A stretch of DNA of 64,000 bases. It comes from an uncultured virus (IMG/VR IMGVR_UViG_3300025410_000018) (lineage: Duplodnaviria; Heunggongvirae; Uroviricota; Caudoviricetes). The stretch is taken from the IMG/VR virus record IMGVR_UViG_3300025410_000018, one strand, 5' to 3'. Of this stretch, positions 29,205 through 39,319 are shown piece by piece. Both the position numbers and the translations under genes were made by a program. A model generated the notes under the pieces. The model searched no databases. It had not been told where the DNA came from and saw nothing but the letters and a program-made list of their open reading frames with translations. How positions within the stretch are numbered: position 1 is the first letter of the stretch; each line of letters starts with the position of its first letter.

Positions 29205-29810
29205 TTACCCTAATATAGTTAATGCTTTGCTGATATTTGTTTCACGTTCAGCTAGCCCAATTGTCCCACCATTAATACGTTTTGTCATAGTTACGTAATC
29301 TGCTTTATCGGCTAGTTCATTTAACTTTCTAGTATTCCAAAACCATCCAGCAGATAGACAAGCGTATTCAGGTGTAGCCAATAATTCAGGCTTTTCAATA
29401 ATTTCAGGTTTATCAATAGCTGTTGCAAAAGAAGTATAGTTAGCACGACCAGTCAATTGAATCAAACCTCTTCCGAAAAAAGCGCCTCCGTCACCGTCTT
29501 TGGTATTGCCTAAATCAGAACGATGTCCATACATAGCTTCTGCAATAGCTTGCTTTCCTTTAGCAACACAGTCTTGGGCTTTAGTAAGGCTAAAACGATT
29601 AGGAAATATCTGCACTAAACGAACAGCAGAATAGTTAAGGTTCTCTTCTAAATGTGTAAAATTACCGCTTTCATGTTTGCATTGACCAATAAAACTAGCC
29701 ATTCTTGCAGGTGTATTAATTTCAAATTTAGTAAAAGTATCGTTTAGAGGTTGCAACCATTTTTCATCAATACCTAATTTAACTAACTGTTCACTTGTTA
29801 TCATCATCAC
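29205..29810 (-). CDS. endolysin, glycoside hydrolase family 19
   Basis: FIGQCKHESG, LEENLNYS, FFGRGLIQLTGRANY, SAGWFW, TKRINGG. Confidence 0.92.
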   Translation of the reverse strand: MMMITSEQLVKLGIDEKWLQPLNDTFTKFEINTPARMASFIGQCKHESGNFTHLEENLNYSAVRLVQIFPNRFSLTKAQDCVAKGKQAIAEAMYGHRSDLGNTKDGDGGAFFGRGLIQLTGRANYTSFATAIDKPEIIEKPELLATPEYACLSAGWFWNTRKLNELADKADYVTMTKRINGGTIGLAERETNISKALTILG

Positions 29811-30007
29811 TTCCTATTTTAATCCCAGTAATTAAACCAATAAACCCACCAACTACCGTTTTGAAAAGCTGGTCCAATAATTTCAAATACTTTTGCATCA
29901 TCGACATTAGGGTCAATTACAGCAAAGCCAAACATAAGCAACATGGCAATAATAACGCAAACAAGCGACCATGAAGCAATTAACATTATGTGATCTTTAG
30001 TGTTCAT
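29791..30007 (-). pseudogene. two-TM holin-like membrane protein with apparent frameshift
   Basis: Removing one base of the run at 29859-29862 gives IGPAFQTVVGGFIGLITGIKIGSDDDNK*, a second TM helix ending over the endolysin start. Confidence 0.55.
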
Positions 30008-30411
30008 TTACTTGCTACTCCTTGCACCTTTTCAAATGTTCTTAAACCACCCATACCTAGCATGCCCATCATAAGCTGCCATAAATTATCGTCAAGTCCG
30101 GGTAATGGCGGAGCAGTAATACCAAAAGTAGGTAGTATGCCTATGGCTAGCGGTTTTAATAAATATTGGTAGAACAGTGCCAACGCGCATACCCACCCGA
30201 TTGCTGGTCTCCAGCCCGATACAAATATTGATGCACTTTTAGCTTCCTCTTTGTTAATGTCAGTTTGTGCGGTCATAGTAGCCAAATCGCCTGACTGTTG
30301 TAACTTTAACAACTCTAACTTAGCGTTTGCGGCTTGCGCTGGGTCTGGAAAGATTCTAGTAATTAAAGTATTACCTAAATCTAATGCCGCTGAAATTGGG
30401 TCTAAAGCCAT
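30004..30411 (-). CDS. holin (3TM, GTA-type family)
   Basis: INKEEAKSASIFVSGWRPAIGWVC...LMMGMLGMGGLRTFEK. Confidence 0.85.
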   Translation of the reverse strand: MALDPISAALDLGNTLITRIFPDPAQAANAKLELLKLQQSGDLATMTAQTDINKEEAKSASIFVSGWRPAIGWVCALALFYQYLLKPLAIGILPTFGITAPPLPGLDDNLWQLMMGMLGMGGLRTFEKVQGVASK

Positions 30412-30482
30412 ATTAATCCTTTAACAATATAATTAACATCATACAAATCAAAGCAAACATTGTCCACCATTTAAACAATTCA

Positions 30483-30659
30483 TCATCCACGCACAATGTC
30501 CTTTTTCGTTTTTACAATAACCTTGTGTTCTTTGTCAAACTTTGGTTTTGGTAATTTTATTTTCTCTAGTTCTTTAATCTCAAAATGCAAATAAATTACA
30601 TAAGACCAAATAACTAGTTCAACTAAAAATACCGCAAACCAATACTTAACCCAGCTCAT
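30483..30659 (-). CDS. 58-aa membrane protein (not in ORF track)
   Basis: MSWVKYWFAVFLVELVIWSYVIYLHFEIKE...; ATGA coupled. Confidence 0.55.
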   Translation of the reverse strand: MSWVKYWFAVFLVELVIWSYVIYLHFEIKELEKIKLPKPKFDKEHKVIVKTKKDIVRG

Positions 30660-31108
30660 ACAAGATTAAAGTAATACAATAAACAAGTAATTATAAAAGC
30701 AGCAAACCAACAATAAAACTGCACCCGTCTTACATCTTCTAGCTTATGTCCGTAATACTTCTTACTTTCTTGATGCTCTTTCTCAACTACTGCTTTTAAT
30801 TCTAAAACTTTACTCCATTCTTTAGCGCCATACTTTGCCTTAAATTCTCGTTCGGCTTGATTTTCTGCTTCTATAATTGCACTTTGATTCTGGTATTCTT
30901 GGATTGCCCGATATATCATCGAGTTTTCCATTGCCTCTTCGTGTATCTTGTGCTTTTTTCTTGCTTCTAATTCTTGTAAAGCAACTTCGGTTCCATCACG
31001 CTGGATGTTTTCAATACTTTTAGTTAGTTTTTTCCCAGCCTCTCTACTTTGTTCAAGGCTATTAGCTAAAGAATTTGCACCTTCGGCAATAGGGTTTATG
31101 TCTGGCAT
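30656..31108 (-). CDS. coiled-coil protein with C-terminal TM helix
   Basis: C-terminal FYCWFAAFIITCLLYYF; adjacent to lysis genes. Confidence 0.65.
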   Translation of the reverse strand: MPDINPIAEGANSLANSLEQSREAGKKLTKSIENIQRDGTEVALQELEARKKHKIHEEAMENSMIYRAIQEYQNQSAIIEAENQAEREFKAKYGAKEWSKVLELKAVVEKEHQESKKYYGHKLEDVRRVQFYCWFAAFIITCLLYYFNLV

Positions 31109-31117
31109 TCACTATTT

Positions 31118-31900
31118 TTACCAATATCCAGTTACATAAACATACCCATCACCGCCATTTGCATAAGCTGGCGGATTTAAATTACTAATATTACCTCCAC
31201 TATTATCATGCGAATAATGACCACCTATTCCAGCCGCACCATATCCACCGCCATCATAGCTTAAATTATTTCCTGTGCCACTTCCGGGTGAGCCCGGTGC
31301 AGTAGAACCACCACCTCCACCGCCATATGATCCACCGCCATTACCTCCATTTGATCCGGGAGTTCCACCGCCACCACCGCCACCACCTCCAGCAACTACG
31401 CCAAAAGCACTAGATTGACCGCCACCAGCTCCACCAAACCCATCAGCAAAAGGATTATCTTTATATCCATATCCATAATGTCCACCACCACCTCCACCGC
31501 CTACTTCAATAGTGTATGTATTGCCGGGTGTTAATCCTGAAATTGTTTGAGAAGCTATACCACCAGCAGCACCGTCAGCACCGTAACCACCCCAGTAATC
31601 ACTATGCATACCACCGCCACCGCCTCCCCCTACAACATAAACATTTAATATTCCGTTAGAGGTTGAAGGCAAAGTAAATGTTGTTGAAGAAGTAAATGTC
31701 TGAGTATTTAAAGTATTCTTTTTTGCGTTATAAAAATTACTTAAGCTAATTGCTCCGCTAGAAGGTACGTTAGGTGCATAGTCATTAGAAGTAACGTATG
31801 AGCCACCTTTGTAATATTCATTTAACCCAATTGGATTACTACCACCAAACTCAGTTTGGATTTGAACTAAAGTAATGGTTCCTGAAGCTGGTAAAGTCAT
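31118..31900 (-). CDS. glycine-rich tail fibre tip/adhesin protein
   Basis: SGTITL..IQTEFGG..LNEYY N-terminus then VVGGGGGGG polyglycine loops. Confidence 0.7.
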   Translation of the reverse strand: MTLPASGTITLVQIQTEFGGSNPIGLNEYYKGGSYVTSNDYAPNVPSSGAISLSNFYNAKKNTLNTQTFTSSTTFTLPSTSNGILNVYVVGGGGGGGMHSDYWGGYGADGAAGGIASQTISGLTPGNTYTIEVGGGGGGGHYGYGYKDNPFADGFGGAGGGQSSAFGVVAGGGGGGGGGTPGSNGGNGGGSYGGGGGGSTAPGSPGSGTGNNLSYDGGGYGAAGIGGHYSHDNSGGNISNLNPPAYANGGDGYVYVTGYW

Positions 31901-33063
31901 TATGGTGTTCCGTATGCAGTAATATTACCTGTAACAATAAAATTGCCTGATGAATCTAATGAAGCCACATTGGTTCCGTTATAGCTAAAATAAAGTTTTG
32001 TTCCTGTTGGGGTTATATTCCATCCGCCAGTATTTGCTATCTTTGTAGAAGAACCGCCTACCGATAAGTTTGCAACAGGAGTCGTAGATGTAACTGTAAA
32101 TGGTGCTGTGCCTGTTGCTACTGTTGAAGTAAGTGTTGGGGCTGAAAAAGCCCCGTTTGTTAAAGTAGCGCCTGCTGCATTTATATTTAAAGTATTACTG
32201 GTATTTGTAATTGCAGTAAGTGAATAGTTTGAATATAAACCAATACCTGAAAGAGTAACAGTAGTAGACCCATACGGTGTATAGTTAGTTGTAACTGAAA
32301 CACCTGCTGTTAAGGCTGATAATAGATTACTACCCGTATAACCTGTTACTGTTTGTTGTCCACTTGCTATAGTTGTAAATGTACCTGCCGCAGCTGTTGA
32401 CCCACCAATAGTTGTGCCATTAATTGTCCCGCCTGTAATTGATACACTATTAGCGTTTTGGGCAGACATAGTTCCTAGCGCGCCTGTAGCTGTAGCCACG
32501 AATGCCGTTGTTGCAATTTTTGTAGAATTATCGCCTAATGTTGGCGTAACCGCTGTTGATGTTCCGTTTAATGACGCTGTTCCACTAACGCTTAGGTTTC
32601 CTACATCTGCTGTGTTTCCAGTAACATTTAAATTACCATTAACTAAAAAGTTACCAGCTGAACCTGTTTGTGCTGAATAAAATCCTGTTGATCCGTCACA
32701 ATAGCATTGCGCTGTAATTCCGGAAGGAATAGTTAAACTTATTGAACCCCCCGTTGCCGCCATAATAATGTTGTAGGCAGTATTGTTTGTGATGACGTAA
32801 AACTTCTGTACTAAAGGCGCTGTAACTGTAACAGTACCGCCGGGAGTTCCACCAAACACAAGAACCATATTTCTAGGGTTATCCGATACGCCGTTTAATG
32901 GTACTAAAGTATATGATGTCCCTGATAAAGAGATGCTTGCAACACCCGTAATCGCTTGTTCGAGAAGATTTAAGTTCGTATTAGTTGTTGCGCCCCAAGT
33001 ACCAGACTGATCGCCTGTGCCAATATAGGCTAAGTTAAGTGAGGTTGAATAGGTAGTTGCCAT
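31900..33063 (-). CDS. tail fibre protein
   Basis: GDQSGTWGATTNTN N-terminus, DNSTKIATTAFV fibre motif, GNITAYG end. Confidence 0.75.
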   Translation of the reverse strand: MATTYSTSLNLAYIGTGDQSGTWGATTNTNLNLLEQAITGVASISLSGTSYTLVPLNGVSDNPRNMVLVFGGTPGGTVTVTAPLVQKFYVITNNTAYNIIMAATGGSISLTIPSGITAQCYCDGSTGFYSAQTGSAGNFLVNGNLNVTGNTADVGNLSVSGTASLNGTSTAVTPTLGDNSTKIATTAFVATATGALGTMSAQNANSVSITGGTINGTTIGGSTAAAGTFTTIASGQQTVTGYTGSNLLSALTAGVSVTTNYTPYGSTTVTLSGIGLYSNYSLTAITNTSNTLNINAAGATLTNGAFSAPTLTSTVATGTAPFTVTSTTPVANLSVGGSSTKIANTGGWNITPTGTKLYFSYNGTNVASLDSSGNFIVTGNITAYGTP

Positions 33064-33066
33064 AAT

Positions 33067-34575
33067 TTATCCTTGAAAATCATCTATCAGTGTCCAAGTA
33101 CTTCCTTGTGTATCATTAATCTGCGTCCATCCTGAGTTTGTATCAGGCACTATTGGGTTAGGAACGTTACCTGTAAAACTTAAATATCCTGCAAACGGTA
33201 CACCACCAAACGTACAAGTAGCAAATCCACCTATTTCAATAATTGTTTGATTTTTAAAGTTCCAATTAGCGTTCTCTGTATCGTTTATTAATGTCCATGC
33301 AGAATTTGTGTCTGGTACGATTGGGCTTGGTACAATGCCTGAGAAATTTAAATACCCCGCAAATGGTGCACCAGCAAATGTACTTGTTGCAAATCCGCCA
33401 ATCTCATTAATATTCTGATACCTGAACCCCCAATTAGCCGTTTCACTATCGTCAATTCTAATCCATCCCCGTGGAAATTGCGAGTCTAAAATAGTAAATG
33501 CTTCAACAATACTATCAAGGAAATTAGACTGCTGGGTACTAGAATCGGCTACTGTTATTGCCTCAGCAATTATCTCTACAAACTGAGCGGTTATACTCTG
33601 TGAATTATTTAATGTAGTCGGCTCAACAATAGCCTCTACAAATCCAGCAATTATCGTATCAATCTCAGCGATTGTTGTTGCTTCAGTTAAGCTTTCTATA
33701 AAAGATGATGTCTGTGTACTAAAGTCAGCAATACCAAAGTTTTCATTTAAACTTTCTAAGAACTGAGCGGTGATTGTTGGTGTATCTAGTACCGTTGTGT
33801 TTTCGGCTATGCTTAGTGGGAACTGAGCTGTTATTGTTTCAGTTTCAGTTATTGTGGCGTTTTCAGTAATTGAATCTAATAGGTTTGCCTGTACTATATA
33901 AGATGGGTTTTCTAAGAATCCAACAGTATTAAAGCTACCTGCAAACGGACTTCCTGCCATCGCAAACGAAGCAATACTAGGTTGTTGAGGAACGCTATAC
34001 GGTGTTTGACCCCATGCTTCTACAATCGTCGCACTAAACTGGGCGGATATAGACTCTAACTCTGCACTAGTAATTGGCTCAGTAACGGTGAACTGGAACT
34101 GGATACTTGCCGCTTCTGTATCTGCAAGAGTAATGTTTTCTGTCTGTGATTCTAAGAAAGATGAAGCCTGTGTACTAGAATCGGCTATGCCTGTGTTTTC
34201 TGTATCGCTTACGCTAAACTGAGCATTGATACTTGGCGTATCTGCTAGGTTTATGTTTTCTGTATCACTAACGGCAAATTGTGCCGTAATTGTTTCCGTA
34301 TCAGCACTTGTAATGTTTTCGGTTTGTGATTCTAGAAATGCGGAAGCCTGCGTACTTGAGTCGGCAGACGTTAGGGTTTCTACTATGCCTTCAAAGAAGT
34401 TATCTTGTTCACTCTGTACATCAAATATCTGTGTTATTGTTTCAGTAACGCTTGCTACATATTGTGCGTTAAAGACCTGAGAATCGGCAACCCCAACATC
34501 TTCTGTTGTTGCTACTACAAATGCCACCCCAATCGCAGCAAATGATACCTTAGCAAATGGGGTTATCCCAAACAT
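33067..34575 (-). CDS. acidic repetitive virion/tail protein
   Basis: ~19-aa E.I..AD repeats, FAxxPFA motifs, duplicated C-terminal block. Confidence 0.65.
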   Translation of the reverse strand: MFGITPFAKVSFAAIGVAFVVATTEDVGVADSQVFNAQYVASVTETITQIFDVQSEQDNFFEGIVETLTSADSSTQASAFLESQTENITSADTETITAQFAVSDTENINLADTPSINAQFSVSDTENTGIADSSTQASSFLESQTENITLADTEAASIQFQFTVTEPITSAELESISAQFSATIVEAWGQTPYSVPQQPSIASFAMAGSPFAGSFNTVGFLENPSYIVQANLLDSITENATITETETITAQFPLSIAENTTVLDTPTITAQFLESLNENFGIADFSTQTSSFIESLTEATTIAEIDTIIAGFVEAIVEPTTLNNSQSITAQFVEIIAEAITVADSSTQQSNFLDSIVEAFTILDSQFPRGWIRIDDSETANWGFRYQNINEIGGFATSTFAGAPFAGYLNFSGIVPSPIVPDTNSAWTLINDTENANWNFKNQTIIEIGGFATCTFGGVPFAGYLSFTGNVPNPIVPDTNSGWTQINDTQGSTWTLIDDFQG

Positions 34576-34576
34576 A

Positions 34577-34798
34577 TTAGTTTGTTACTTCAGGTTTTGC
34601 CTCTAAAGATTTTTTGAGCATTTCCATAAAAGCATTCTTACCTACACTTAACTGATCAAGGTTAAATTGCGCAGAACTAATTTTACGGTCTAAGTCGATG
34701 CAATGGTTAAATAGCATCTGTTGCTCTTTTGCTAAATCTTCGTAGACATATTCTACATCGTCAATCGTGATTTGAGTTTTTTTCGTGTTTTCACTCAT
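34577..34798 (-). CDS. small fibre-associated coiled-coil protein
   Basis: AGGAG RBS; follows fibre genes. Confidence 0.65.
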   Translation of the reverse strand: MSENTKKTQITIDDVEYVYEDLAKEQQMLFNHCIDLDRKISSAQFNLDQLSVGKNAFMEMLKKSLEAKPEVTN

Positions 34799-34849
34799 TT
34801 CATTCTCCTATAAATTGCCATCAAAAAGGGCTGATGGCTTACCCTAAAA

Positions 34850-35173
34850 TTAAGCTGACCAAGGAAGTGGTTGTGAACTTGGTGATACTGGTGGATTAAT
34901 CATGCTGTTAATTTGACCATCAATATTTGCATAATAATTTGCTTGATTATCAGTTGCAGCATTAATCCATCCCAAAACTTCAGCTTGAGTTAATTCATTG
35001 TAAGGTATGTAGTTTGGTTCGTTTTGCTCAGGTGTAAATTGAATGTTGCCACCAATTTCTGCTGTATGTGTGCCATCTGTACCACTAACGGAAAACAAAA
35101 TATTTACAACATAACCTGTTGGGTTAGGTACTGTAAACATCTGATTGATTGTGGTTGTATAAGTTGTTGCCAT
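34850..35173 (-). CDS. putative tail fibre assembly protein
   Basis: IPYNELTQAEVLGWI...PLPW pattern directly after the long fibre gene. Confidence 0.6.
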   Translation of the reverse strand: MATTYTTTINQMFTVPNPTGYVVNILFSVSGTDGTHTAEIGGNIQFTPEQNEPNYIPYNELTQAEVLGWINAATDNQANYYANIDGQINSMINPPVSPSSQPLPWSA

Positions 35174-35185
35174 TTAATTCTCCTA

Positions 35186-38100
35186 TTAGAAGCCAGCTAC
35201 GCCAGCAGATTTAAGTTTTGCTTGTAAATCGGTAACTTGTGCTGATAATTCTTTTACTGCGTTAATTAAGTGCCAAGTAATATTGCTTGCATCAACTGAC
35301 ATAACACCAGTAGATTCTGTTTTTACGCAATCAGGTAATACTTGTGCAAGTTCTTGTGCAATAACACCAATTTGTGTTCCTGTAATATTAATTGCATCTA
35401 ATTTATTTAATTCTGTAATTTCTTCAGGTAAACGATATTCAAAGTTGCGTACTTGAATTTGTGTAATTTTATCTAACCCAACATTGTTATCTACAATATT
35501 TTTCTTTAATCTTTGGTCTGAAGTTACAGACCAAAGAGTTGAGTTATTACCTTGATAAACAGCACCGCCATTAGGACTAATAAATCCTGTGTTAGAACCT
35601 TTACCTGTTGTTCCTGAAGTTCCTGAAATTACTATTTCATTACTTACACTTCCACTAGATGCAGTTGTATTGATACCAATATATACATTGTTTGAACCAG
35701 TTGTAAGACTTGTTCCTGTGCCATATCCTAAACAAGTATTTGCAGGTCCAGTTGTAATCGGATAACCAGCTTGATAGCCTAAAGCTGTATTTGCAGAATT
35801 AACATCAGCAGTTCTATTAAGAGTATAAAGTGATTGATAACCTACTGCTGTGTTGTAAGATGCGGTGGTATTAGCTCCCAGTGCTTGATGTCCTACTGCT
35901 GTATTTGATGAACCTGTTGAGTTTGTATATAAAGCACTATTTCCTATTCCTACATTTGTACCACCTGTGGTATTGGAATATAAAGCACTTGCCCCAAAAG
36001 CAGATATTGTTCCTGTTGTATTATTGTAGCCAGCTTGATAACCTACTGCCGTTCCACTATTTGCTGTGGTGTTGTTTCTTAATGAGCCCCAACCTATAGC
36101 TACATTATACGTCCCTGTAGTATTTAATCGTAAACTAGAGTTACCAAAACCAGCATTATAACTTCCAGTTGTATTTGATAAAAGTGCAGAAACACCAAAA
36201 GCATCGTTTTCTGTACCTGTTGTATTTGTACTTAATGCTAAAGCACCTAATACAGTATTGTACTCACCTGTTGTTGCAAAACCAGCTTGATAACCAATAA
36301 ATGTACTATATCCATTTGTGCCATTGTAAGCATAGCCAGCTTGGTAACCAACAGCGGTATTGTTAGATGCTGTTTGATTTGAAAATAAAGATTGATTACC
36401 AATTGCAGTATTGTATGAACCTGTATTGTTTGCTGGGTTAGTATTACCGAGTAATGCTTGCCATCCTAAAGCTGTATTATTTGAACCAGTATAATAATAG
36501 TATCCAGTAGCTTGACCAACATAAGTATTTTGTACGCCCGATGTATTGTTATAGCCTGAGTTTTGACCAAGAAATACGTTGTAGCTACCATTATTTGAAA
36601 ACCCTGATGCTCCACCAAAGAAAGCATTTTGTGTAGCTGAACTATTATTATATCCTGCTTGATAGCCTATGGCTGTATTGTTTGATGCTGTTGTATTTGC
36701 TTGAAGTGCCTGTACACCAATTGCCACATTTGAAGTGCCTGACGCATTTCCTGAAGCACCATATAAAGCCGCATCACCAATAGCCACATTAGAACCACCT
36801 GTTACATAATAACCAGCGGCGTGTCCTAATCCTGTATTGCTGTTTGCTGTGGTAACAAATCCAAAAACAGCATCACCTACACCTGTGTTATTAGACCCTG
36901 TTGTATTTGAACCTAAAGTATCTCTACCAAATGCATTGTTATTATTACCTGTTGTATTAGAATATAACGAAACGCCAAATGCATTATTTCTTGTCCCTGT
37001 TGTATTTGACGCTAAAGCATTCCAACCTACAGCAGTCATTCTATCGCCTGTAGTATTTGATTGCATCGCCTGATAACCAATTGCTGTGTTATATACACCT
37101 GTGGTATTTAATTTTAATGAAGCCGCACCTAAAGCTGTTATTCCTGCTCCAGTATTTGAATAAGCAGCTTGATAACCATAAGCTGTTAATGCATCACCAC
37201 TATTAGTTTGTCCATTTCCATAACCAGCTTGATAACCTACAACAGTAACTCCGCCATTACTATAGTTGTTATATCCAGCTTGATAGCCAATATAAACATC
37301 ACCTTGCGAAACTGAGTTATACCCAGCTTGATAGCCTAAAGCAGAGTTGTAATTTGATGAAGTATTGGAATAAAGTGCTTGGTCACCTACAGCAGTATTT
37401 TGAATACCTGAAGTATTTGAAAATAAAGACCTATAACCATAAGCATTATTACTATATCCAGTTGTGTTTGAATATAAAGATTGATAAGCAAAACTATTAT
37501 TAAATGCATTTGAATAATATGCCGCTTGATATCCCACATGAGTTGAACCACCTAAACCTGTAGTTCCTGAATAACCAGCTTGATAACCTACTGCTGTGTT
37601 ATATGAAGCAGAAGTATTATTTCCTAAAGAACCACTACCTATTGCGGTATTGCTTGAACCTGTTGTGTTGGAATATAGTGGAGAAAAAGTACCACTATCT
37701 AATCCGCCAAAAGCAGTATTGTAAGAACCTGTAGTATTTAAATATAACGTATAAGCACCAACACCTGCATTTGATGAACCTGTTGTATTTGCTCTTAATG
37801 CACCATATCCTAATCCTGTATTGTAAGAAGCTGTAGTATTTGATGTTAAAGCATATGCACCAACAGACGTGATAGCTGTGCCAGTAGTATTACTATATCC
37901 TGCCTGATAACCTACAGCTGTGTTATTAGAGGCTGTATTAGTAGTATAAAGTGATTGATATCCAACAGCTACGTTATTAGAGCCTGTTTGAATACCTGAT
38001 AAAGAACCATAACCTATTGCAATATTATAAGAGCCTGTTGCAGAAGTTCCACCATTGGCATAGGCGTTTGAACCTAAAGCTACGTTCGCAGTTCCTGATG

Positions 38101-39292
38101 TATTGTAATAACCTGCTGACCATCCTATAAATGTGTTGTTTGCACCTGTGTTGGAATAACCTGATTGGTAGCCTACTGCTACATTATTTGAAGCTGTGGT
38201 GTTTTGATTAAGAGATTGCAAACCTAATGCAGTATTGTAATTACCACTTGTATTTAATTGCAATGCACCTACACCTAATGCTGAGTTATAACCACCTGAT
38301 GTATTAGTGAGCAATGCAGATAAACCAATTGCCGTATTGTAATTGCCTGTAACTGCACCACTTAAAGCGTTAATACCTAATACTGTATTTCCTGATATTG
38401 AATTTGCACCTAATCCAACAGTAAGACCATGAATAGATGCGTCATTAGTAGAGGATAAAGCCCCTGTAATAGCTAAACCTGTTGTTGAAAATGCTCCTAT
38501 TGTTGAACCAGCAGGTCTAATATTTATAGCACCACTAGAAGTATCAATATATAAAGTATTAGTAGATACTATATTTCCATAAGACGCATTAGTTAATGAT
38601 AGAGAACCTGTTGCAGCCGAAAATGAACCACTAGTACCACTAACTTGACTAGTTGCAGATATTGCTCCAGTAACAGAAAATGTACTGCCATTATAAGTTA
38701 ATCCACTACTAGAACTAAAAGCACTTGTACCATTTCCATAAGGAATATATCCTGATGTTAATGTTGTTAATCCTGTGCCACCTGATGCTACACCAAGAGC
38801 ATTTGTCAAATTAAGCGTATTAGCCGTTAAGGTTGTTCCGTTAAAAGTTAAATTAGCACTATCTTGTAATAATCCACTTGTACCAGCGTAAGTAACACGA
38901 CCGCTTGTTAATCCTGAGTCGGTAATAGAACTAAATGTTGCTGTTCCTAAAGACGGCTGTACGTTTCCTGATGCGTCTAAATAAACTGCTTTTTCGCTAG
39001 GATAAGTTACAAATACGTTCTGTGTACCTGAAGCAAAGTTAACAGTAGAACCAGCGTTAGATGACGATAAGACCGTTGTACGAGCAAGCGTATTTCCTGA
39101 TGATGAATATGTACCAATACCAACTTCCCAATTTGCACCAGACTGGTCAGCAATGGTGTAGTAACAAGTATTACCATTACCAACAGCAGCAGAAAAAGTC
39201 TGATAGCCTGTTACTGCACCTAATAGCGTAACCGCTCCTGTACCCGGAGCTGAGGCTGTTTCTAATACACGGTCTTTTAATGTCAACGCCAT
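35186..39292 (-). CDS. long tail fibre/spike with beta-roll repeats and C-terminal intramolecular chaperone (peptidase S74)
   Basis: LKDRVLETA N-terminus, dozens of NTAxGxxA repeats, SDQRLKKNI...IGVIAQEL...LINAVKEL. Confidence 0.88.
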   Translation of the reverse strand: MALTLKDRVLETASAPGTGAVTLLGAVTGYQTFSAAVGNGNTCYYTIADQSGANWEVGIGTYSSSGNTLARTTVLSSSNAGSTVNFASGTQNVFVTYPSEKAVYLDASGNVQPSLGTATFSSITDSGLTSGRVTYAGTSGLLQDSANLTFNGTTLTANTLNLTNALGVASGGTGLTTLTSGYIPYGNGTSAFSSSSGLTYNGSTFSVTGAISATSQVSGTSGSFSAATGSLSLTNASYGNIVSTNTLYIDTSSGAINIRPAGSTIGAFSTTGLAITGALSSTNDASIHGLTVGLGANSISGNTVLGINALSGAVTGNYNTAIGLSALLTNTSGGYNSALGVGALQLNTSGNYNTALGLQSLNQNTTASNNVAVGYQSGYSNTGANNTFIGWSAGYYNTSGTANVALGSNAYANGGTSATGSYNIAIGYGSLSGIQTGSNNVAVGYQSLYTTNTASNNTAVGYQAGYSNTTGTAITSVGAYALTSNTTASYNTGLGYGALRANTTGSSNAGVGAYTLYLNTTGSYNTAFGGLDSGTFSPLYSNTTGSSNTAIGSGSLGNNTSASYNTAVGYQAGYSGTTGLGGSTHVGYQAAYYSNAFNNSFAYQSLYSNTTGYSNNAYGYRSLFSNTSGIQNTAVGDQALYSNTSSNYNSALGYQAGYNSVSQGDVYIGYQAGYNNYSNGGVTVVGYQAGYGNGQTNSGDALTAYGYQAAYSNTGAGITALGAASLKLNTTGVYNTAIGYQAMQSNTTGDRMTAVGWNALASNTTGTRNNAFGVSLYSNTTGNNNNAFGRDTLGSNTTGSNNTGVGDAVFGFVTTANSNTGLGHAAGYYVTGGSNVAIGDAALYGASGNASGTSNVAIGVQALQANTTASNNTAIGYQAGYNNSSATQNAFFGGASGFSNNGSYNVFLGQNSGYNNTSGVQNTYVGQATGYYYYTGSNNTALGWQALLGNTNPANNTGSYNTAIGNQSLFSNQTASNNTAVGYQAGYAYNGTNGYSTFIGYQAGFATTGEYNTVLGALALSTNTTGTENDAFGVSALLSNTTGSYNAGFGNSSLRLNTTGTYNVAIGWGSLRNNTTANSGTAVGYQAGYNNTTGTISAFGASALYSNTTGGTNVGIGNSALYTNSTGSSNTAVGHQALGANTTASYNTAVGYQSLYTLNRTADVNSANTALGYQAGYPITTGPANTCLGYGTGTSLTTGSNNVYIGINTTASSGSVSNEIVISGTSGTTGKGSNTGFISPNGGAVYQGNNSTLWSVTSDQRLKKNIVDNNVGLDKITQIQVRNFEYRLPEEITELNKLDAINITGTQIGVIAQELAQVLPDCVKTESTGVMSVDASNITWHLINAVKELSAQVTDLQAKLKSAGVAGF

Positions 39293-39319
39293 ATGACGCT
39301 CCTAAAAATCTGTTTAAAA

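Noticed and set aside
34817..34838. GCCATCA/TGATGGC hairpin between fibre-associated genes
   Set aside because: No convincing U-tract; function cannot be supported.
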